Shown in pieces: positions 54,125 through 64,000 of a stretch of 64,000 nt of DNA. Source of the DNA: Octopus vulgaris (Eukaryota); assembly GCA_951406725.2 (NCBI GenBank), contig OX597822.1, positions 20,708,001 to 20,772,000 on the forward strand. Reading direction: 5' to 3'. The notes below the pieces were generated by a model, which searched no databases, had not been told where the DNA came from, and saw nothing but the letters and a program-made list of their open reading frames with translations. Every line of letters begins with the position of its first letter. Positions within the stretch are counted from its first letter, which is position 1. The position numbers and the translations under genes are program-made.

Positions 54125-57100
54125 CATCATCATCATCATCATCGTCGTTTAGCGTCCGTTTTCCATGCTAGCATGGGTTGGACGGTTCTACTGGGGTCTG
54201 TGAAGCCAGAAGGCTTCATCAGGCCCAGTCAAATCTGGCAGTGTTTCTACGGCTGGATGCCCTTCCTAACGCCAACCACTCTGTGAGTATAGTGGGTGCT
54301 TTTTACGTGCCACCCGCACAGGTGCCAGACAGAGCTGGCAAACGGCCACGAACGGATGGTGCTTTTTATGTGCCACCGGCACAAGGGCCAGGCGAGGCTG
54401 GCAACGGACACGAAACGGGGCGGTGCTGGCAACGGTCGCGAAACGGAAGGTTCTCTTACATGCCACCGGCACTGGTAACACATCTGCAATTTCCATTGAT
54501 CGATTTCCATTCTGATCCTCACTTGCCTCAACAGGTCTTCACAAGTAGAGTTTTGTGTCCCAAGAAGGGAAGGTATGCATACGTAGGCTGGCTCCATCCC
54601 AAGTAGAAGGCCACGGGTTATGGACTCACTTGTCCTGCCGGGTCTTCTCGCGCACAGCACACTTCCAGAGGACTCAGTCTCTAGTCATTTCCTCAGTGAG
54701 ACCTAAAGTTCGAAGGTCGTGCTTCACCACCTCGTCCCAGGTTTTCCTGGGTCTGCCTCTTCCACAGGTTCCCTCAACCGCTAGGGTGTGGCACTTTTTC
54801 ACACAACTATCTTCATCCATTCTCGCCACATGACCATACCAGCGCAATCGTCTCTCTTGCACACCACAACTGATGCTTCTTAGGTCCAGCTTTTCTCTCA
54901 AGGTTCTTACACTCTGTCGATTATGAACACTGACATTACACATCCATCAGAGCATACTGGCTTCATTTCTTGTGAGCTTACGCATATCCTCAGCAGTCAC
55001 GGCCCATGTTTCACTGCCATGTAGCATGGCTGTTCGTACACACGCATCATACAGTCTGCCTTTCACTCTGTGCGAGAGGCCTTTTGTCACCAGCAGAGGT
55101 AAGAGCTCTCTGAACTTTACCCAAGCTATTCTTACTCTAGCAGTTACACTTTCAGCACACCCACCCCCGCTGCTGACTTGGTCACCTAGGTAACGGAAAC
55201 TATCAACTATTTCTAGTTTTTCTCCCTGGAAAGTGACGGAAGTTGGTCTCAGAGCATTTTCAGTGTTTATTGTTCCTGAGCATCTGCCTCATACAAAAAC
55301 CATCTTCCTAGTTAGCCTTCCTTTGACATTGCTGCACCTCTTATGTGTCCATAGCTTACACTTGGTGCATCTTATAGAGTTTCTACCTACACCTTTTCTA
55401 CAGATCGAGCAGGGCCATCTACCTGAAGGCGTTTGTGATTTGTCTACCTTCCTACTGATTACGACTTTGGTTTTAGCTAGATTGACTCTGAGGCCCTTCG
55501 ATTCTAATCCTTGTTTCCACACCTGAAACTTCTCCTCCAGTTCTGATAGCGACTCAGCAATTAGAGCAAAGTCATCAGCATAGAGGAGCTCCCAAGGGCA
55601 TCCTGTCTTGAATTCCTCCGTTATTGCCTGGAGGACTATAATAAATAGGAGGGGGCTGAGTACTGAGCCTTGGTGGACCCCTACCTCTACCCGGAATTCT
55701 TCACTGTACTCGTTTCCAACCCTCACCCTACTAGCAGCATCCCTATACATGGCCCGCACAGCTCTCACTAACCATTCATCTATCCCTAGTTTCCTCATTG
55801 CCCACCAGATAAGGGATCGGGGGACCCTGTCGAAGGCTTTCTCCATGTCAACAAAAGCCAGGTACAGGGGCTTATCTTTGGCTAGGTATTTCTCCTGCAG
55901 CTGCCTTACCAGGAATATAGCATCAGTAGTACTTTTCCCTGGCACGAACCCAAACTGCATCTCATCTAAACTAACTCTCTCTCTAATTAGTTGGGCTATG
56001 ACCCTCTCCGTAACCTTCATCACCTGATCCAACAGCTTGATACCTCTGTAGTTATTTGTATCTAGGGCGTCACCTTTACCTTTGTAGCAGTTGACTATTA
56101 TGCTGCTACACCAGTCATTGGGTATGACTCCTTTGTGTATCACCTGATTAACTATATGGGTGACTAGGCTATAGCCGACACTACCAGACATTTTGAACAT
56201 CTCTGCAGTGATTCCTGATGGGCCTGGGGCTTTTCCTGTCTTCATGCTTCTAATTGCCTTAGCTACCACGGAACTATCAACTCGGATAGCTGGTCCCTCT
56301 GTTGGGTCAACATTCGGCAGACTCTCTTTATCCCATTCATTTTCTTTATTCAGCAAACTTTCATAGTGGCATCTCCAAATCTCTCTCTTTGCATCCTCAT
56401 TTAGCGCAAGTGAACCATCTTCCATGCGAATACACTTCTCTCCTACCACATCACGATTCTCTCTCACACACTGTCTTGCAACGCGAAACACCTCCAGTCT
56501 TTGGTCCTCACGGCGCAGAACATTTGCAAATTTTTTCTTATCTGCTTCCCCTCTGGCTAAATAAACCTGTCTCTTAGCTTCTCTTTTGACAATTCCCTGC
56601 TACCCCCATTTTTCCAGACCTTCCAAGCCTGTCTCTTTTCTCTAATAGCCCTGTCTACAATATTGTTCCACCATCACATTATTCTAGGTCGAGAGGGGAC
56701 TTTGCACCAGCCACAGATCTGGTCAGTGGCTCTCAGCAGGTTGTCCCTTAGAAACGTCCAGCTGTCTTCTACCCCCTGTGATGCTCTATCCCCTTCTACT
56801 TCGTCAGAGGCTTCAAGTAATATGTCTCTAAATCTCTGTCCATTTGCAGGATCTTTAAGTTTCCAGATCCTTCTTCTCCATATTGGTCGTCTTCTGGTTG
56901 TCCTCCCAGTCCTGATCCTAAAGTTACTAACTACCAGTCTATGTTGTTGGGTACATTCTTCGCCTGGGAAGGTTTTGGCATTTATAAGCAGCCATCTCTC
57001 CCTTTGCCTTGCAAGGATGTAGTCAATTTGGCTGGTATGTTGGCCCGATCGGTAAGTGACTAGGTGGCTGGTAAGTTTCCTGGAGTTAGTGTTGCAAATC

Positions 57101-58542
57101 ATAAGATTATTTGCATCGCAGAACTCCAGCAGCCTGGTTCCCACCTCGTTGCGGGAGCCATAGCCATAGCCTCCATGTACGCCATGGAAGCCCCCAGCAT
57201 GTCGTCCAACGTGACCATTGAAGTCACCAGCCACAAAGATAAGGTCTCTGTCGTTTGTCAACGAGGTAGTCTGCAGTAGAGTGTCATAGAATCGGTCTTT
57301 CTGTCCATCGGGTAGCCCCGACTGAGGAGCATAGGCTGATATAATGGTTGCTAAACTATGATGAAGCACTAATCTAATCTTAAGTATTATGTTACATACT
57401 CTGATTACCTCAATTACTTTATCTACCCATTTCTCAGCGATAAGTATACCCACGCCACCAACCCCGTCAGTGTTCCCTGCCCAGAAAATCTTGTACCTGC
57501 GTTCCTTGCCTGTGAGGAACCTAGCTGATCCTCCTCTCCACCTTATTTCTTGCATGCAACATATATCCACACATCTCCATTCAAGCATCTCGACTATCTC
57601 ACCAGACCTACCTTTCAGAGTGCCAACGTTGAGGGTGCCAACCCTGAGGGTGTGGGAGGCATGGGCTCTAGAGACCCTGGGACGGTGGACAGTAGCTTCG
57701 TGTACCTGAAAAGAAAGCTCGCATTTGGCAGAATTCATGTGCAAGAAATGAAGTAGTAAAGTAGCCTTCAGTACAACCTGCATAACACTAGCCTTTCATA
57801 TTTTGCACTGTATGAACATTACCTTACATAGGTCGAGACTAGGGGTAGGGAGGGGTAGGGATGGTGAGAGCATTTGCAGTCTTCATGGGAAGCAACCCCG
57901 GAATGGCAAAGAATAGGAACTTCCGGCATGTGTGGTGGGGGTGGGAGGGCGGGTGCACCGTAGGTTAGTAAGGTTCTGTTAAATCGGAGCTAGCAAATGG
58001 GTTTGAAAAATCAGAGTGGCTGTGAACCGGGAGACAAGACTAAACGAAAAAAATGTTTGAGCTAGACAGGGTAATGAGGGAATACTGAAAGAATGAAGAA
58101 CAATACAATGAGATGGAAATTGAAGAATAGTGAAAGAATAAAGATAAGTGCAAGATAGAAGGTAGTCGTAGCAAGGTTGAACGATTCACTTAGCTTTAGC
58201 CATTCATGATCTGTGCGTATTTCGTCTTTAGATATTTTGAAGCGAGTGGGGTTAACGATAATGCGATCGCTCTTTTATATATGGCGATGATGGTTATGGA
58301 AGGGGGGGGGCATAGAGAAACAGGGAGAGAGATATGGCGATGATGGTTATGGGAAGAGGGGGACATAGAGAAACAGGGAGAGAGATAGGGTTAGTTAGAG
58401 AGAGAGGTCAAGGAACACGTGGCGATAAAGCGGTGTGAGGAAATTTGACTAGGGACGGCATTGTCGATAATAAACATTTGATAAATAGGTTTGAAAATCA
58501 ACATTATCGATAAATAGGTTTGAGAATCAGAAAAATCAGAGG

Positions 58543-58544
<2 letters not shown>
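54125..58544 (-). mobile_element. Near-full-length RTE-clade LINE, about 4.4 kb
   Basis: 5' UTR about 58544-57790 with internal direct repeats, a single APE-RT ORF, a 3' UTR and a (GAT)n tail at 54125-54147. Confidence 0.97.
54626..57783 (-). pseudogene. RTE ORF: APE endonuclease, reverse transcriptase and PHD-like finger
   Basis: GTLNVGTL, MQEIRW, SAYAPQ, GDFNGHVG, QIDYIL; NYRGIKLL, AFVDMEKAFD, GVHQGSVLSP, LLYADD, FRYLG. Premature stops at about 56674, 55289 and 54674, and a frameshift at about 56590. Confidence 0.97.
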
Positions 58545-58582
<38 letters not shown>

Positions 58583-58593
58583 ACATATATATG

Positions 58594-58659
<66 letters not shown>

Positions 58660-58666
<7 letters not shown>

Positions 58667-58760
58667 AAAAACAGCATTTGGATACTGCACAGTGGTGATA
58701 TATATGTGTGTGTGTGTGTATAAATACAAATATATATATATATATACAACTATATATATG

Positions 58761-58817
<57 letters not shown>

Positions 58818-58895
58818 ATATATATTTGTATTTATACACACACACACACATATATATCACCACTGTGCAGTATCCAAATGCTGTTTTTGACTTTA
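58660..58895. repeat. Inverted duplication (about 80-bp arms, TA-rich spacer)
   Basis: taaagtcaaaaacagcatttggatactgcacagtggtgata..tataaatacaaa is mirrored at 58825-58895. Confidence 0.95.
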
Positions 58896-61800
58896 GTATA
58901 TGCATGACTTTTGCAGTTGTTATCTCTGCTCAGCTTTGTTCGTGGTGCTTTGTCTTTTGTTTCTGTATCCAGTTTACTCTCCTTATTTATGATCTATTGC
59001 TATTATTCCATATTTTGTGACAGAACTCATTTTCTTCATTGCTGATGTGTTTATCTGTATTGCTTTTATTTGCTTACATCCTAACAGAACATATACATAT
59101 ATACATATTTATATATAAACATACAAATATGGACAGTTGTGTCTATAAAATATTTAGAATTTTCCTTATATTTGAATGATCTGTACTTTAACTGGAATCT
59201 ATTATACTTGCTGAGTGGGGGATATATTAATATTTCTGAAACATATCATCATTTAATTCAATTAAATTAGACATGCTGAAGGCCACTACCACTGAAATCT
59301 TATCTAAGATATGTGGCATAATTTTTGGTTTTTGTTTGTTTATTTATTTATTGTTTTTCTCTATTTCTATAGTAATATAATTTTTTGATTATCATTTAAT
59401 TTGTTTCATTTTTCTTTCTGGCTGATTCCGTGGATCTGTTTGTACAATTATGTATTTCTCCAGCTGATACACAGTTGCTTACGTTATATGTACAACATTT
59501 GCTTAGAGAAACTAGTTCAGAATTGTTAAACAATCATGACGTCATTTTAAGGCATACAGAGATTTAATTGGAGTTTTATGTTTTATCTAATTATCCTTGC
59601 ATGTCTTTCCTGTTTTAGAATGGTTTTGCTTTTTACTCCAGGGACAAAATTTCTGCCATCTACTCCTTGTGATATTCCCCCATTCCCAACTTGATAATAT
59701 ATACTTGTGTACTATTGCAAGTAATCTATTGATTTGATACATTGCATACTTAATTTTTTTTTTTTTAGCTATGAGTGCAGTTCTGTATATTTTGTTCAGA
59801 TGATTTTATTATTTGTTAAGGTTGTGAAGGCTGGGAATAATTTTTCTTTTTAATACTCAGCTTGTAGCTCCGTAGATTTTTATATAACATATTTATACTG
59901 ATGTATAAATATTCTGTGTATTTCTATTGCGTTCATTGTATGAGAATTATGATATTTTCCCTATCTGGAAGAAAGTACTGTGCAGTATAAATTCCGAATA
60001 GAAATATTCAGTCTTTTGTCCATTGATGGTTTTCCTTCTTTGGTTTGGGTTCTAGAGGAGTGATTATCAAGCTTCCAGTTAAAGGAAACACTTTTCAAAT
60101 GGGTGCTGATTCTTTGACATTTTGTGCTGATTTTCTTTTATTCATGTTATATTTTCTATGCTTTCTGGGCATCAGGTTTCAAAGTATACATTTTTCTTTT
60201 CACTCTCGTCCATACAAGAAGTTTCATTTATCATCATCGTCACCATTATCATCATTCTTTTTCCTATTCCTCATCATCACAAATTGCATTAGAACAGATA
60301 GTCATGAGTTCATACACAAAATGCTTTATGTTATGTTTTGCTAAATACTGACAGGATTTTTTTATTTTTATTTTATCTTTATTATTGAAATAACTATCAG
60401 TAAGTTAATTGTTTAGTAGCAGAGCAACTATCAAAAATATTTTGAATTTAAGCATTTGGTTTTCTAATACTAAAACATGTATAGTTTTTATCTAAGGTCT
60501 TTGTGAATAAGTATCTTCATATGTTTTACATCGATCCTACATTGGTTCTCTTAATCTTGTTTTTAACTAACTAGACTTGAATTTTTATGTTGTCACTAAT
60601 TCCTGCTGGTAGAATATTTATTCATATTAGACTTCTCTTGTCAGTTTGATTTCATAATCTGGTTTGTTATCTTTCAATCTAAAATAGTATAATGCTGCAA
60701 CGAATATTATCCTGGTGTGTCATTTATTTCCATATTAATACTTATCTTTATATCTTTATAGAGAATTTTTGTATACAGCAAAGAAAAAAATCTAGAGTCC
60801 TGGAGACCTACTGATAGTTTGCATTGACAAAAATCAGTTAATAAAGTTCATAAAATTGAATAAGTTTTATTGAAAGTGTGCTGTAAGAAGAGGTGGCTTC
60901 TCATCATATGCAAACTTATTGAATTCTGGGACTTCATTCTTGCATATATACTCCTTTTATATAATTGCATCTCTGTCTACTGATATATATCTTTATACAC
61001 ACTAGTGAGGTGTGTGTGCGTGAGTGTGCACGCGTCCATCTTTATATTAATATATCTTATGTATCATTCTTATTAAATATTTTTGGTATTATTTCTTGTC
61101 TGAATCATGTCAGTTTAAATGGTGATGATGATCATTATCATCATCATTTTAATATCAGTGCCTGATGTTGACAGCAACAAGGAATAGATCAGGCAACTTG
61201 TCTGAAAAGTGAAGCTCAATAGCAGCTTTATTTTATCAATCACATAACATATTATTATTACTATAGATAATTTGTTTTTTTCCAGCATATAATAGTATTA
61301 CAGAGCGTGAGATGATAGCAGGACCATATATTAACTCTGAAAAATTCAATATGCTTGCAGCTGGTCAGTTGTGGGGCAACTGTTAGTTGAACTGAAACTG
61401 TTATAAGTAAGTGTCTAAAGAAGTTGGGTAACTTACTCATATACTGAAAGCAAAATTAGATTTTTCTGAGTTACTTAATAGCTTATTTTACTACTTTGAT
61501 TCATTAGTGATTTGATTTGACAAACATGGCTTTAGGTTTTCACTTTATTTTGTGAAAGAAGATTTCCACAGTTAGTCAAAAAAATTTGCCAGTTTTGTAA
61601 TATTCTAATTGAGAACGTGATAACTATAAAGATTGATTCTCTTTGTTAAACAACACTTTGTCTCAGTTGTTATTTGGATTGAGCTGTACTGCTGTATCAA
61701 GTATGAGGATAAGCTACCATCATCTCAATAAAGACAAGATAGCCAAACAGGTGAAGTATTATAAGACTCCCTGTTTATAGTGAAACAACAAATGCTGAGG

Positions 61801-62038
61801 AAATTGTTGATGGTCTCTTACTCTTTTACTTGTTTCAGTCATTTGACTGTGACCATGCTGGAGCACTGCCTTTACTCAAACGAATTGACCCTAGGACTTA
61901 TTCTTTGTAAGCCTAGTATTTATTCTATCAGTCTCTTTTGCCAAACCGTTAAGTTACGGGAATGTAAACACACCAACATCAGTTGTCAAGTGATGTTGGG
62001 GGAACAAACACAGACACACAAACATATATATATATATT

Positions 62039-62195
<157 letters not shown>

Positions 62196-62254
62196 ATATA
62201 TATATATATGTATATATGTATATATATATATATATATAAAATGTAATATGTGAC

Positions 62255-62605
62255 AATTATTCGGTAGCCTTGATAAAACTCCAGGTTTCGGATGTCGGGT
62301 TGGATATCCATGCTACCATCTATTCAGTTATCCAGCCATCGGAAAAAATGTCATGAAAATGGCCACTACACTATATGCCCATGGGCATATAGTGTAGTGG
62401 TTAAGAGCGCAGGCTACTAACCCTAAGAATCCAAGTTTGATTCCAAGCAGTGATCTGAACAATAATAATAATAATAATAATAATAACAACATCGAAAAAA
62501 CCTTTCCCCAAGACATCCGAAGAAGGCTGGAGGGTATATCAGCCAAAACGTTGTGTTAACAACAAACAAGATGAGAACAAATATCCATCGAATGTAAATA
62601 ATGTT
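62255..62605 (+). mobile_element. Composite element: minus-strand hammerhead module, tRNA-like Pol III head, (AAT)n, plus-strand hammerhead module
   Basis: Hammerhead-like motif 62332-62272 (minus); A box tagtgtagtgg at about 62390; B box gtttgattcc at about 62435; hammerhead-like motif 62513-62556 (plus). Confidence 0.65.
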
Positions 62606-64000
62606 AATTAGAAAGATAAGTTATTAATGGATAATCTTTTACTTGTTTCAGTCAATGGACTCTGACTATGGTGGGGTACAACCTTGAAGGATACAGTTGA
62701 ATAAATCAACACCAGCACTGATTTTTTAAAGTCTGGTCCTTATTCCATTAGTCTCTTTTGCCAGTGACAGGGATGTCAACAAAACATTTATCAAGTGGTG
62801 TGGTGGTGGTGGTGAGGACAAACACTTACACACATACACACACAATTTTTGTCTATCAGATTCATTCATAAGGCATTGGTTGATCCTTTAAAATGAACTT
62901 TCTGAGCAATCAGAGATCAGGCACTGCATTTTACCTGCACAAGAAAGCATTTTACCTGCACAAAGACAGTCAGTCAGTTTAAGAGGTAGAAAGAATGATG
63001 ATATGATTCTTAACCAAAATTCGTGGAATGCTTTCCCATAGGCTTAGTTTCTGATGGTTTTGCTTTTAAATTTTAATTCCCTTCAAAACCATTACATCAT
63101 TCTTTAGTTCTGCCTTAAAGCAGAAGTAGAAAGTAATGAGAAAAGCCATTTCCTTGATGAAATTTTGTGCTACAAGAAAATAGTTTACTTGTTTAATATA
63201 GGTGAGTTATTGAAATATTTGGTAACTAATATTTTCATTCTTCTAAAATGTATGGGAAACAACTGTAGACATGTTCCAGAATTGTACTGAGCTTCAATGA
63301 TCCATATCCATCATCAACAGTGTTAGAGTGGTGAAGGATGTTCCTTATGCAGTTATCATAACCTCCTTGTGAGATCTATTGAAGAAGACAATATTGGTTA
63401 TGTCAGCTTAAACTAATATTAAACTTTATGAGTGTATATGTGTGTGTTTTAGCACATAGCTAAGTAAAACAGAATTTAATCATTATAAAATAAAAAGATA
63501 TATCAAATAAATAATAAGATAAAAGTATAAGCATCAAAACATCCCCACCACTATCTGCATGTCAGTAAGTGTGTACTGTGTGAATGTAAACCATTTCAAT
63601 TTAAACAAGTCTAATTTAATGATGTCTTTATTTGCCAGAAAGCATAACAGTTTGATAAATGAATACAAATTAAAGTAAAAAAAATAAAATAAAGAATTAT
63701 TACAAGAAACAAGTAAAATCTAACAATCAAGTTTTAATGTGAGATAAAATAACACTCTTCATTAAGTGTTATTATGTGCAACTTCACTTCAGGGTTTATT
63801 ATTACATTTTTTTCTTAAAGTTATTCAACTCTCAGTCCTTGTCAGAACTAATTTTTGATATGAATTCAAATTCTGAAATTACTTCTTGTTATCATATCTT
63901 TATTATAATCTATATAAAACAACTCAATAGAAAAAAAAAACAATGAAAAAAAGATGTAAATATCAAAACTCATTGATGTGATTTAGTTAATCATCAAGAT

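Noticed and set aside
55608-57756. Plus-strand ORFs overlapping the RTE
   Set aside because: Antisense shadows of the GC-richer RT/endonuclease ORF.

Overview
AT-rich eukaryotic non-coding DNA, dense in microsatellites and transposable elements. The SINE/LINE repertoire and (TA)n/(CA)n load suggest an octopus (coleoid cephalopod) intron or intergenic region; this is an inference from recalled repeat families. No host protein-coding gene could be supported, and most ORF-track entries are microsatellite translations. Recognisable elements: a near-full-length RTE LINE (APE endonuclease, RT, PHD-like finger; about 54.1-58.5 kb, minus strand), a decayed Penelope-like element (PLE; RT plus GIY-YIG), a full-length decayed mariner, tandem Tx1/L1-like copies, an R4/Dong-like fragment, a TSD-flanked RTE fragment, a solo LTR, a piggyBac MITE, many tRNA-derived SINEs and a tRNA-Asp retrocopy fused to a LINE-type tail. 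The strongest hidden signal is about ten minimal type-I hammerhead-ribozyme-like motifs in short non-coding modules next to (TA)n tracts. These modules show direct, inverted or palindromic architectures, including a perfect 248-bp palindrome and a tRNA-headed element bracketed by two opposite-strand hammerhead motifs. This suggests a set of PLE-dependent, retrozyme-like non-autonomous elements. All motif calls were made by eye and most copies are degenerate.
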